Below, one piece after another: positions 1 to 10,557 of a stretch of 64,000 bases of DNA; positions within the stretch are counted from its first letter, which is position 1; each line of letters starts with the position of its first letter. Position numbers and translations under genes: made by a program. A model generated the notes under the pieces. It was not told where the DNA came from, ran no database searches, and saw nothing but the letters and a program-made list of their open reading frames with translations. This DNA comes from a virus: the IMG/VR virus record IMGVR_UViG_3300031521_000015; one strand, written 5' to 3'.

Positions 1-2
1 AT

Positions 3-815
3 GAACAATATACTTATGAAAATGGAGAAAGTATTGATTCAAAATCAGTAGTAGTTAAAAAGGAAGAAAAAGAAATAGCGTTAAATACAACAGATAGAGA
101 TAAACAAAATGAAAATGATGTAATTTCTATGTTGGGATATGACCCTTTTGAAACAGAAAATAAAAAAGATAGAAGATATTTATTCAATCGTTTAGTAGAT
201 ATGCTTGATGATAGCGTTCTTGAAGATAATTTATTATTAATGAGCATTATAGAAATAGTAAAGGGATTTAATCAGATTGATAAAATAAACGAAGGAATAT
301 CAATGTATACTACAGATGTTGAAAAATTAACAAAAAACAATGGAAGTATTAAATCATTGATTGATACAAAGAAAAATCTAATGACTACTATATTAAAAAC
401 TGCTGAAGATAATGGAATTTCAACTAAATTTAATACAACAAAATCAAAAGGTTCGGGAACTTTGGCTGGTATTATGAAGAGATTACAAGATATTGGATTA
501 GATGAAGCAAAGGTTAATTTATATGATATTGAAACATCACAATCGATGAGACAAATAGCAGATATAAGTCATCAAAGTATAATGAGTCAATTACAGTTAA
601 ATGAATCAGATTATACTGATATGATAGCACAACAAAAAGATGCTATATATAATATGAATAATGAATTAATAAAAGCAAAAGAAGAACTAAGAAAAACTAA
701 AATTTACTTAAAATCTCAAGGATTGATTTTAGAAGAAATCAATAATGTGGTAGAAGTAGATTTTGAAGAAGATAATAATAATTTTGGATTGGGTAATAGA
801 ACATTGTTAGAATAG
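3..815 (+). CDS. Phage protein upstream of terminase (possible terminase small subunit); 5' end outside window
   Basis: The frame of ORF 129..815 is open back to base 3, so the gene is truncated by the window. Helical protein located before terL. Confidence 0.55.
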   Translation, partial: EQYTYENGESIDSKSVVVKKEEKEIALNTTDRDKQNENDVISMLGYDPFETENKKDRRYLFNRLVDMLDDSVLEDNLLLMSIIEIVKGFNQIDKINEGISMYTTDVEKLTKNNGSIKSLIDTKKNLMTTILKTAEDNGISTKFNTTKSKGSGTLAGIMKRLQDIGLDEAKVNLYDIETSQSMRQIADISHQSIMSQLQLNESDYTDMIAQQKDAIYNMNNELIKAKEELRKTKIYLKSQGLILEEINNVVEVDFEEDNNNFGLGNRTLLE

Positions 816-831
816 ACAAAGGAGATTAAGT

Positions 832-1038
832 ATGGATAATAAATATATAATATTTTCAGTATTGATTGAATGTGAAGAAAATGGAATAAAAAGATATGAT
901 TCTACAACTTTAAGTGACTATATGAATGGGCAATCAGAAGAACAATGTTGGGAACAAACAAGAATATTTTGCGAAGAAGCTGGGAAGAAATTTAATGCAA
1001 AATGGATATTATGTGGTAGTCATATAGTAACTTTTTAA
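832..1038 (+). CDS. Hypothetical protein, 68 aa
   Basis: AAGGAG RBS before ATG; tightly packed. Confidence 0.7.
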   Translation: MDNKYIIFSVLIECEENGIKRYDSTTLSDYMNGQSEEQCWEQTRIFCEEAGKKFNAKWILCGSHIVTF

Positions 1039-1058
1039 CAAATTAAAACAATAAATTA

Positions 1059-1087
1059 TTGACAATGATATCCTAATAAGGTATTAT
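1059..1087 (+). promoter_or_regulatory. SigA-type promoter of endonuclease cassette A
   Basis: TTGACA(1059)-17 nt-TATTAT(1082). Confidence 0.8.
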
Positions 1088-1092
1088 TATAT

Positions 1093-1206
1093 TAGAAACT
1101 AGATAAGGAGTTATAAACCGTATCGAAAAGGAGTATCCGAACTCCCTGTTTCTATTTTTATAAATTTCGGAAAATAAATTAAAGTACGAATCGGAGGTAT
1201 TACATT
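1093..1206 (+). ncRNA. Structured 5' leader, copy A (three-stem junction, palindromic loop TTATAA, anti-SD pseudoknot)
   Basis: P1 1093-1099/1148-1154; P2 1102-1108/1118-1124; P3 1130-1134/1141-1145. Loop TCCGA is complementary to TCGGA at 1167 and at 1191 (overlapping SD). Confidence 0.75.
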
Positions 1207-2304
1207 ATGGAAACTAAAACATGTACTAAATGTGGACAAGAGTTCCCAATGTCTAAAGAATATTTTGAACCCAGAAAAGAATCAAAAGATGGATTCAGAA
1301 ATCAATGTAGAGATTGCAGAAATATCAATAGAAGAAATATATATGATGATAAATATAAAAGTGAAGATAATAGAAGATGGCAACAAGAAGAAATAGATAT
1401 ATTGAATAAATATTATGAAATTATGAGTAACAATGAATTACAAGAAAAGTATTTAAACACTAGAACTATTTCTCAAATAATAGATTATGCAAGTAAAAAA
1501 TTAAACTTACATAAACATGATGACGTTAAAATATATTATAGTGATGGTACAACAATGGGGTGGACAAAAGAAGATGATGAATATTTATTAAAAAACTATC
1601 CATCAACAAATTTTAAAGAAATGGAATTAGCTTTAGGAAAAAACAGTTTTACAATAACAGCTAGAGCTATTAAAAAGGGAATACAAAGAGATAATAAGTA
1701 TTCTGAAGAAGAAATAAATATCGTAAAAAAGTATTATGCAGACAATGAAAACAAATGGATTATTGATAATTTTATGAGTAGTAGAAGTAAGACTGAAATA
1801 ATAGGATTAGCAAATCGTTTAGGAATAAATAAAAATGATGAACTGATATTTCAAATAAGAGTTGATACTGGCTTAAAAAATTTAAAATGTATACCTGACC
1901 AAACAGGTTCTAATAGTCCTTGTTGGAAAGGTGGAACAGACGTATTAAGATTATATGTAAGAAACCATATTAGAAAATGGAACAAAGATAGTTTAAAATA
2001 TTATAATAATAAATGTTTTATTAGTGGAGATTCAGAAAATTTGATAATCCATCATGGATACTCTTTTAAAGACATATTGAATGAGACTATAAAAGAATTA
2101 GGACTTACTTATAATAATGATTTATCTAATTATAGTAATGGTGAACTTAGAAATATAATAGATTTATCAAATGAAAAACACTATAAATATGGTTTTGGAA
2201 TCCCTTTAACCAAAGAATTACATTTATTATTTCATAAAACTTATGGTTTTGTAAATTACACAAATGAACAGTTAATAGAATTTAAAAATAATTATGCTAG
2301 TTGA
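1207..2304 (+). CDS. Free-standing putative HNH homing endonuclease
   Basis: N-terminal CxxC..CxxC, repeated W-x2-EE-x3-L helical repeats, C-terminal CFISG..LIIHH..H..FH HNH-like motif; own promoter and terminator. Confidence 0.75.
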   Translation: METKTCTKCGQEFPMSKEYFEPRKESKDGFRNQCRDCRNINRRNIYDDKYKSEDNRRWQQEEIDILNKYYEIMSNNELQEKYLNTRTISQIIDYASKKLNLHKHDDVKIYYSDGTTMGWTKEDDEYLLKNYPSTNFKEMELALGKNSFTITARAIKKGIQRDNKYSEEEINIVKKYYADNENKWIIDNFMSSRSKTEIIGLANRLGINKNDELIFQIRVDTGLKNLKCIPDQTGSNSPCWKGGTDVLRLYVRNHIRKWNKDSLKYYNNKCFISGDSENLIIHHGYSFKDILNETIKELGLTYNNDLSNYSNGELRNIIDLSNEKHYKYGFGIPLTKELHLLFHKTYGFVNYTNEQLIEFKNNYAS

Positions 2305-2327
2305 TAATAAATAAGCTTCAATAACTG

Positions 2328-2352
2328 AAGGCGTGGTAACACGTCTTTTGTT
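2328..2352 (+). terminator. Intrinsic terminator after cassette A
   Basis: AAGGCGTG-GTAA-CACGTCTT plus T run. Confidence 0.7.
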
Positions 2353-2400
2353 GCGTTTATGCAAACTTTATTGATATAAAAAGGTGGTGTGGGCAAAAAG

Positions 2401-4252
2401 ATGGGAATTGGAAAGCAAAACTTATCACAAAGAAAATTAGAAGGATATATGAAATATGTAGAAATGATACAGTGGGGCAGAAAAAATCCTGCACGAACGA
2501 TTCGTTGAGGATTTCATGGGAATTCAATTTTTAGATTTACAAAAATATATATTTATGAATATGTGGACTACGCCATTTGTATTGTTATGCCAATGTAGGA
2601 ATAGTGGGAAAAGTACGATTTCAGCTCCATTTTTGATGGCGAAATCCATATTATACCCAAACTTTTATAGTTATATAATATCAACAAATGGTAGTCAAGC
2701 TCAGGAAACTTTCTTAAAAATAGAAAAAATAACCAAGAGACAATTATCTTCATTTACGGGTTTAACAGATTTCTTTCAAAATGAAATAATTACTTCAAAT
2801 GCTAACAAAGATGGGTTCACTCATAAACCAGAGTCATTTACTTTCGAAGTATTTAATGGTAGTAAAGTACATACATTGAACTCAAACTATGATGGATCAC
2901 GTGGGAAAAGAAGCATGTGCAATTTTTATGACGAAACTGGATTTATGTTAGAAAAAGCTTTTGGTGCAACTGAACCATTTACAACACAAAATGCAGACTT
3001 TAAGTTAGGAGGAGATATTGACGTATCACTAGAACCACAAAGTTTTCCAAACCAACTTATATACGCTTCTTCGGCATCAAGTATAGATACTTATTTTTTT
3101 AAAAAATATAAAGAATTTAGTAAACAAATGCTATTAGGAAATAAAAATTATTTCTGTGCTGATATTAAGTGTGATTTAGTTTTAAATCCTATGTTTAATG
3201 GTAAATTATATCCAGTATCTTTGCTAACACAAGAAAAAATAGATAATGCTATGAGAGAAAATAAAGAACAAGCTCTTAGAGAATACCATAATATGTTTTC
3301 TAAAGAAGGTGGAGAACAACAACCATTTAAAAGAGGACAAATAATAAAAAATAGTGAAGTCAGAAGACCAATGTTGGTAAACGAAGGAAATATTGAACGA
3401 CATATCACAGCTTTTTATGATCCTGCAAGAAGTTTTGATGACTCTGCTGTATTGTTTGCTGAATTTATGAAAGATAAGGAATTAGGATGGACTTGTAAAA
3501 TAATAAATGCAGTAAGATTAGTAGATATAGGAACGAAGAAAAAAATACCAATGAGAACACCTGAACAAATAGAGTATATTAGAAATTTATTAGTAGATTA
3601 TAATGGTCAAGGATTTGGAGAATATGAAAATATAGGTGCAATATTGGTAGATTCAGGAGCTGGTGGAGCAGGAGTTAATATTGCAGATTATTTTATGGAA
3701 GAGTGGACAGATAAAAAAGGAATGAAAAGAAAAGGTTTGATAGATGCTATAGAATCTAAAGAATATACAAATAAATTTCCTGAAGCTGTAGATAAAATGC
3801 GATTAATTTCTCCTAAAAAATATAGGACTGAAATGTTTGATGCCTTGGTGGAAATGATTAATTTAGATTTAGTTTCGTTTACGGAAACATATGACATGAA
3901 AGGATTTATAAGTATTCCTGTAGAAACAGAAATAATATATAAAGACGAAAAAACAAAAACAGATAAAAAACAAAAAGAGATAAAATATAAGCAAGCAAAT
4001 TTATGTTTCGAAGAACAATTGGCTTTAAAAACTATAGATAAACTAAAAGAACAATTGGTGCAAATATATAGATTCGATAATGCTGAAAGAACTTCACATA
4101 AATACGCTTTATCTCCTGAAAAACAAAATACTATGCATGATGACTTGGCTTATTGTGGAGCAATGATGGGTTGGTATTTAAAACAATTAAGGAGAGAAAA
4201 TATAACTAATGAAGATGATGATGATGAAGACCGTCAATGGGTATTTTGGTAA
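2401..4252 (+). CDS. terL: Terminase large subunit; 5' part (2401-2508) out of frame with main ORF 2516-4252 owing to ACGA duplication at 2493-2500
   Basis: Walker A-like CRNSGKST, Walker B FYDE, nuclease YDPAR..D and HDD motifs. Upstream ATG with RBS encodes ...IQWGRKNPAR, which joins FVEDFMGIQFLD if 4 nt are removed. Confidence 0.88.
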
Positions 4253-4310
4253 CCTTATTATCTATTTAATAAACAACAAAATAAACAAAGAAAGAAGGTG
4301 ATTAGCAAAA

Positions 4311-5939
4311 ATGACAACTTCTAAAAAAATAAACTCTACAGATAATAAAAAATCAGCAGGCAGACCTGTCGGTTCTAAAAACACTTTTACAAAAAAGCAA
4401 GTGTCTGATATGCAACTAAAAATAGATGAATTAGAAAAACAATATAATTCTTATAATGATGTTGTAGATAGTTTTGTAGATGGATTTGTGTTGGAAATGA
4501 CGCAAAATATAAAAACGATAGATATGGATACATTGCAAAGATGGTTTAGTAATCCTGATGATTATATGCAACAAATTAGTAATTTACTTACATATTATTA
4601 TATAATTGATGGGAATATATCTCAACTATATGATTTAATATTTTCATTACCTGAACTTAATTATAAAATAAAAACTTATAAAAGATTAGGTAGCTATGAA
4701 AATGATATGTTAGCTATAAAAATAGCTTTAGAAAGAAATGTTAAACATAAGACATTAACTAGAGAATTACTTGTTCAATTAGCTAATAATGGTTCTGTTG
4801 TTGGCACATGGTTAGGTAGTAAAAAAGAACCTTACTTCAATGTATTTGATGATTTAGATTATATTTATCCATATGGAAACTATAAAGGAAAGATGGTTGG
4901 AGTATTTGATTTATCATACATTGATACACTCACCCCAGAACAAAAAGTAGCTTTATATGATAACTTGAAACCATTGGTTACAGAAAACTTATACAACAAA
5001 TGGAAAGATGAAAGAGATACTGAAAAGAAAAAAATATTACAATTAATTGTATTGCCACCAGATAGGTCATTAGTTGCTAGAACTAGGGTATTATCACATA
5101 ATCAAAGATTAGGATTGCCTCACGGTACTCAAGCAATTTTTGATTTACAACACAAACAAAAGATGAAAGATTTAGAGCGTTCTATGGCTGATAAAATTAT
5201 AAGAGCAATAGCCGTAGTAAAAATGAGAGATAAAGATGATAACGACGTTAAAGTTAAGGAAACTGTACAAAGGAAAGTATTTGAAAAAATAAAGAAAGCA
5301 TTAGAAAAAAATACAAGTGGGAAGAATGGATTAACTTGTATATCAATGCCGTCCTTTGCCGATTTTTCATATCCTGAATTCAAAGGAGCAGACGAGATAT
5401 TAAACCCTAATAAATATGATAGTGTTAACAATGATATTACTATGGGGACTGGTATCTCGTCTGTATTGGGAAATGGATCAGGTGGTAATTATTCAAGTGC
5501 GAACTTAAATCTTGATATAATTTATAGTAAGATAGCTACAATGTTAGAACAAATTGAAGAAATATATAATCAATTAATAGTTATTACACTAGGTCAAAAT
5601 AAAGGTTCTAATTATTACTTTGAATATGATAAACAAAAATCATTAACCAAAAAAGAAAAATTAGATATTTATAAAGGATTATCAGATAAAGGATTTAGCA
5701 TTAGACCTATGATTGAATTAGTTGGTGGAGACTTTGAATCATTTATAAATGAAAGTATATACGAAATAGATGATTTAAAATTAAGAGAAAAAATTATCCC
5801 ACAATTGACATCATTCACATCTACTGATACAGATTCAAATCAAATAGGAAGGACCACAGTGGATAACCCTACTAATGAGTCAACAATTACAAGTAAAGAA
5901 ACTGGTGGGAACAACAATCCAAAACCTAGTACAACATAG
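4311..5939 (+). CDS. Portal protein
   Basis: 542 aa directly after terL; GISSVLGNGSGGNYSSANLN portal-type motif. Confidence 0.8.
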   Translation: MTTSKKINSTDNKKSAGRPVGSKNTFTKKQVSDMQLKIDELEKQYNSYNDVVDSFVDGFVLEMTQNIKTIDMDTLQRWFSNPDDYMQQISNLLTYYYIIDGNISQLYDLIFSLPELNYKIKTYKRLGSYENDMLAIKIALERNVKHKTLTRELLVQLANNGSVVGTWLGSKKEPYFNVFDDLDYIYPYGNYKGKMVGVFDLSYIDTLTPEQKVALYDNLKPLVTENLYNKWKDERDTEKKKILQLIVLPPDRSLVARTRVLSHNQRLGLPHGTQAIFDLQHKQKMKDLERSMADKIIRAIAVVKMRDKDDNDVKVKETVQRKVFEKIKKALEKNTSGKNGLTCISMPSFADFSYPEFKGADEILNPNKYDSVNNDITMGTGISSVLGNGSGGNYSSANLNLDIIYSKIATMLEQIEEIYNQLIVITLGQNKGSNYYFEYDKQKSLTKKEKLDIYKGLSDKGFSIRPMIELVGGDFESFINESIYEIDDLKLREKIIPQLTSFTSTDTDSNQIGRTTVDNPTNESTITSKETGGNNNPKPSTT

Positions 5940-5954
5940 AAGTAGGTGATAAAT

Positions 5955-6131
5955 ATGAACATACTAGTTGCAAAGAGAAACGATTTAATTACTATTAGTG
6001 CAGGTAGTAATAGGTTACTAATTAATAAAGATAATGAATTGTTTGAAAAACTAAATAAATTATCAAAAGAAGAAATTAAAACTTGGTATGAAATTAATAG
6101 ATTTAATGACTTATTAGATTTAAATAATTAA
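5955..6131 (+). CDS. Small hypothetical protein
   Basis: AGGTGA RBS and ATG 5955 within ORF 5946..6131. Confidence 0.55.
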   Translation: MNILVAKRNDLITISAGSNRLLINKDNELFEKLNKLSKEEIKTWYEINRFNDLLDLNN

Positions 6132-6206
6132 ATATTCAATTAATATAATTGTTTATTATACGTATTTTAATATTTAATATACTCAACATTGAAAGGTGGT
6201 GATAAT

Positions 6207-7790
6207 TTGGAAGAACAAAATAAAAAGTTAGGACAATTTAAAATGTCGTTAAATTCATTAGAAACAGTCCCAAATGATCCAACAATTTTAAAAAGCGATA
6301 TAGTAATATTTGACTTTGAAAAAAGTGGAAATAATCAAGTGATTACCAAAGAAGTAGCACTAGATAATATGAAGTTTTTAATAGGAAAAAGGTTATGTTG
6401 TAAATATATTAATAAAGAAGATAATGGTGGGGCTTTAGATGCTCTTGGAACACATGAGCAATATGAAACCACTAATAGATTGGGAGAAGATGTAATTTAC
6501 ACCGCAACCGAGGGAATTGGATTTATTGAAGATGTTTATATTGGAACATATACAGATGATAGTGGAATAGAAAAAGAAGCTGTTATAGGTAAGTGCATAT
6601 TTTGGTGTGATGACCATTATAGCGATGTCATAAATTTAATGAAGCAATGGATATCAGATAGCATCAAAATCCACTTTTCAGTAGAATATTACTACTATAA
6701 TTATACAGTAGAAAATGGAATTGAATATATTCAGAGTCCTATAATTTTCAATGCCTTAACGGCTTTAAATAGTGAAGATAGGGGCAATGCGATTGAAGTA
6801 TTACCAGCATATGACTGTGCAACATTAACAAGTTTTAATGAATTAAAAGATCAATGGAATAAAGCAGTAAACAGTTTAAAGTCTAACAATGAGTTAGATT
6901 CTAATAAATTAAATAATGACCAAAAGGAGGAAACAAAAACGATGGAAAATAAATTTTTAAAAGCCCTAAATGAATTATCTGTTGGTGATTTAAGATCAGC
7001 AATAATAAATGCGTTAGGTGATATTATGACAGCTAATGAGTACGAAAATATGTGGATTAGCAACTATGGAATATTTAGTGAAAGTAAATATTTTATATAT
7101 GAAACTTATGAAGATAATAAATGGGTGAATTATAAAGTTGCATACACACTAGGAGAAGGTGATTCTATAATTGTAGACTATGCGAATAAGGAAAAGGTAG
7201 AAGGTCAATATACTTATGTTTCAGTAAACGAATTACAAGAACTTGAAACTTCTAAAAACGCAAAAGCTGATTTAGATACTGCTAATGCAAAAATTGAAGA
7301 ATTGAATAGTGAAATCGTATCTTTAAATGAAAAAGTGATTGAGAAATCAAATAATTCTAAAGTAGATACTGATAAATTTAATGAATTAACAAATAAATTA
7401 GTTGCTATGAATTCTATGATAACAGAAATGCAACCAATTGTAGATCAATACAATAAAGAAGTATTTGAAAAATCATTAAATGAAGCAACAGAATCTTATA
7501 AAATTAAATTCACTAGTGTAAATGCTTTAGAAGTATTTGAAGAAGAAGCAACACAAGAATTAGTTAAAGAATCTGTTAATTCTGATAAAAAGAAAGCAGA
7601 TAAAGCTAAATACAGTTTAAATGCTTTAATTGTTGAAAATATTAAACCGGTTGAAAAAGAGATAGACGCAGATGACATAATGTCAAATGTACCTAAAATC
7701 AGTATTAATCAAATAGTTAAGTTAGAAGATAATGAAGATTTAATACCTGCTGATGAAAATGTTTTATCAAAATATGGATTAAAATATTAA
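6207..7790 (+). CDS. Prohead protease/scaffold protein (likely start TTG 6207; internal start 6942)
   Basis: Position between portal and capsid. N-terminal protease-like region (H..FSVE), coiled-coil acidic C-terminus, GGTGGTG RBS before TTG. Confidence 0.72.
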   Translation: MEEQNKKLGQFKMSLNSLETVPNDPTILKSDIVIFDFEKSGNNQVITKEVALDNMKFLIGKRLCCKYINKEDNGGALDALGTHEQYETTNRLGEDVIYTATEGIGFIEDVYIGTYTDDSGIEKEAVIGKCIFWCDDHYSDVINLMKQWISDSIKIHFSVEYYYYNYTVENGIEYIQSPIIFNALTALNSEDRGNAIEVLPAYDCATLTSFNELKDQWNKAVNSLKSNNELDSNKLNNDQKEETKTMENKFLKALNELSVGDLRSAIINALGDIMTANEYENMWISNYGIFSESKYFIYETYEDNKWVNYKVAYTLGEGDSIIVDYANKEKVEGQYTYVSVNELQELETSKNAKADLDTANAKIEELNSEIVSLNEKVIEKSNNSKVDTDKFNELTNKLVAMNSMITEMQPIVDQYNKEVFEKSLNEATESYKIKFTSVNALEVFEEEATQELVKESVNSDKKKADKAKYSLNALIVENIKPVEKEIDADDIMSNVPKISINQIVKLEDNEDLIPADENVLSKYGLKY

Positions 7791-7892
7791 TAAAACAAAT
7801 TAAATATTTATTAGTTGAAATGATATATATTAATAAATATTAAATAATAAATTAAAAATAATAACAAAATAAAGAAACTAGGAGTGATATAT

Positions 7893-8414
7893 ATGGCTAC
7901 AATACTTAGAGACGCATTGACAGTTATACCAAATCATAATATTTCAGAAATCAATACTATTTGGGCTAAACCAGTTGCAAATGGTGCTATTCTAACAGGT
8001 TCAAATATGGACAATGGTGGATTAGTTGAATTTGCAGGAAGAAATGCTGATGGAAATAGACAATGCAAACCATTTGATGGAACTGGAGAATATTTTATTC
8101 TACAAACTCATGTTGAAGACCAATTATTAGTTGATATGGGAGAGACAGATTATAAGTCATTCTACAATAAAATTGGAGAACCTGTAAGATTAGTTAGAGC
8201 AGAAAAAGGAATTAATCAAGAATTATCAGGATATACAGTTAAAGGTGGAGTTACTTTAGCTTTAGACTTACCTGTAATTTGGGACGCTACTAATAAAGTA
8301 CACCAAGTAATAGATGTTATAACAACTGAAACACAAATAGCAACTGTAGTAGGGTTAGATACTGACTTCGGATACAATGCTGGAGCTACAACAATCAGAA
8401 TTGAATATAAATAA
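7893..8414 (+). CDS. Putative head decoration protein
   Basis: About 173 aa, beta-rich, immediately before major capsid gene; AGGAGTG RBS. Confidence 0.6.
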   Translation: MATILRDALTVIPNHNISEINTIWAKPVANGAILTGSNMDNGGLVEFAGRNADGNRQCKPFDGTGEYFILQTHVEDQLLVDMGETDYKSFYNKIGEPVRLVRAEKGINQELSGYTVKGGVTLALDLPVIWDATNKVHQVIDVITTETQIATVVGLDTDFGYNAGATTIRIEYK

Positions 8415-8447
8415 TAATAAATTAAAAAAAGAAAGGATGATATAAAA

Positions 8448-9509
8448 ATGGAATTAAATAAAGATTTCCTACAACTAGGGAAAAGAGTATACAATAACAA
8501 AACATCAGTAAATGCAGAAGGAGTAAACGAGGACGAGAATGTAGTAATTGAATTAGCTCATAAAGCTATAAATGCAAATGGAACTATAAATAACATTCAA
8601 GCGTATAGAGATTTAAACCAATTAATAATAAATACAGCAGAAAAATTACAACAACCAAACAGACAACAATATATAGACATAGTTTCTGACTATAAAAAAG
8701 TTGGTGCTAATGACATCATGCAATATAATGTAGAAGATAAAATAACTAAAGTAACTACTGCTGTAACAGCAACAGGCACAGGAGTTAATTTTACTAAAGT
8801 TCCTTCATTCGCAAGCAAAATATATGCAACACCTGTAAAACACCAATTCGGTATTAAATATTCTATTTCAGAAATGTATTCTGATCCAATTAACCAATTT
8901 AGAAATGCAGTAAATTTAGTTAGCGAAGAAAAAACAAGATATATCTTATCACAAATATTTGTTGCCGTAAGAGAAGCTTCTGCTAATGCTAAGATTCCTT
9001 CAAGACAAAAATATAGTGGTGCAGGTATTACTTTTGCAGGATTTAAAGGGATTGAAAGTTCTCTATTAAGATATGGTAGAAATGTTAAGCCAGTTATGAT
9101 AGCTGACACTGCTCTTATTGGTTCTTTGGCTGATAAGCAAGCAAGCGTTACTGTAACAGGTGCATCTACTATTCCTTTATATTTAACAGATGCTATGAGA
9201 GAATCCTTATTAAGAGATGCTACTCTAGAACAAATTTCAAAAACACTTGCTATTTCTATAGATAATCCTTATACAGATAACATGAACTCTAAAGTTGACT
9301 TACCAGTAGATGAAGCAATTTTAATTGCAGGTGGTTCTGCTTCTCCATTAAAAGTTACAGAATTTGGGGATATGGCTTTACTTTCAGATACTATTCAAGA
9401 ACATATTGAAAATGAAGAAGCTTATGTGAAGATTTCTTATAAGGTAGACATAACTTTATTATTAAATAGAGCTATTGGTTACATAAAGGACACTTCTGTA
9501 ATTCTTTAA
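8448..9509 (+). CDS. Major capsid protein
   Basis: 353 aa, canonical position, strong RBS, followed by a terminator. Confidence 0.8.
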   Translation: MELNKDFLQLGKRVYNNKTSVNAEGVNEDENVVIELAHKAINANGTINNIQAYRDLNQLIINTAEKLQQPNRQQYIDIVSDYKKVGANDIMQYNVEDKITKVTTAVTATGTGVNFTKVPSFASKIYATPVKHQFGIKYSISEMYSDPINQFRNAVNLVSEEKTRYILSQIFVAVREASANAKIPSRQKYSGAGITFAGFKGIESSLLRYGRNVKPVMIADTALIGSLADKQASVTVTGASTIPLYLTDAMRESLLRDATLEQISKTLAISIDNPYTDNMNSKVDLPVDEAILIAGGSASPLKVTEFGDMALLSDTIQEHIENEEAYVKISYKVDITLLLNRAIGYIKDTSVIL

Positions 9510-9518
9510 TAAAATAAT

Positions 9519-9548
9519 GGGACTTCTTTAATTAGGAGTCCTTGTTTT
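9519..9548 (+). terminator. Intrinsic terminator after capsid gene
   Basis: GGGACTTCT/AGGAGTCCT stem plus T-rich tail. Confidence 0.7.
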
Positions 9549-9577
9549 AATAATTTAAATTTGAGGAGAGAAAAATA

Positions 9578-10120
9578 ATGAGTAAAAATACAGTAACATT
9601 AATAAGAAAACAATCTGATCCATTTGAGGTTAATTATCCATTTGCATTACCAGAAGGTAAACTAACACACTTTGATTGGGTGGGAACTAAAGGAAGTATT
9701 ATAAGTAAGAGAGATATACCAATTGAAGTATTCCAATGGTTAAAAGATAGTACAACAACTTTTGCAAATGGACATTTGATAGTTGAGGAAAAAGACAATG
9801 AGGATTTAGAAGAAGATGCTAAATATTTAGTAGAAGACGTAGAAGAAAAACAAGCAGAAATTAGAGAAGCTATAAAGACTAAAGATGAAATACAAACAAT
9901 GTTAACAACAGGAAATCAACAAGTATTAAAGAAAGCATTAAATGAATTAATTAAAGATATTACAGACGAAGATCAAATTAAAGAAGTAAAAAGTTATATA
10001 TATAGAACTGCAATAGATATCGGTATTGATTCTAGTGCTAAAAGAAAAGTAATCTGTGAATGGTATGGATTATCTAACGTTGAAAATTGTGGTTACATAT
10101 TCGACGAAGAAACAAAATAA
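9578..10120 (+). CDS. Hypothetical phage protein
   Basis: GAGGAG RBS; synteny after capsid. Confidence 0.7.
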   Translation: MSKNTVTLIRKQSDPFEVNYPFALPEGKLTHFDWVGTKGSIISKRDIPIEVFQWLKDSTTTFANGHLIVEEKDNEDLEEDAKYLVEDVEEKQAEIREAIKTKDEIQTMLTTGNQQVLKKALNELIKDITDEDQIKEVKSYIYRTAIDIGIDSSAKRKVICEWYGLSNVENCGYIFDEETK

Positions 10121-10143
10121 GTAAAGGAAGGTGAGGTATTATT

Positions 10144-10557
10144 ATGGCTGTAACAGATTATGATACTATATGGGAAACCTTTCGAGATATCTCAGGATTA
10201 GATGATGAATTATTACCTAGTGACGAAAATGGAATATATATAGAAATTCATAATGCAGTAAGAAAATATAATATCAAAACCGATGATAGTGAAGAAAAGT
10301 TAACCTATGTAGATTCAACAGAAACTATAAGTAGGTTGTTAGACGATAATAGATTAGAATTACTTGCATTATTTATTAAACAAAATATATTAGAAAGTAA
10401 ATTGGAATACTTTGAGCAAATATATCAATACGATTTGAAAGAAGTTAAAAGTAAATTCTTTAAAGATCAAGTTTCTACTAGGCAATCCACTATTGAAAAA
10501 GTAGAAAAAGATATACTAGAAAGACTGAGTTATATGGATACTCATGATTTAAACTAA
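10144..10557 (+). CDS. Putative head-tail adaptor
   Basis: 137 aa helical protein in head-tail position. Confidence 0.5.
   Translation: MAVTDYDTIWETFRDISGLDDELLPSDENGIYIEIHNAVRKYNIKTDDSEEKLTYVDSTETISRLLDDNRLELLALFIKQNILESKLEYFEQIYQYDLKEVKSKFFKDQVSTRQSTIEKVEKDILERLSYMDTHDLN

Noticed and set aside
1093-1206. Leader RNAs as hammerhead ribozymes or known riboswitches
   Set aside because: The three-way junction has a GAAA-like linker but no CUGANGA core, and I see no SAM, c-di-GMP, preQ1 or T-box signature. An Rfam scan is still required.
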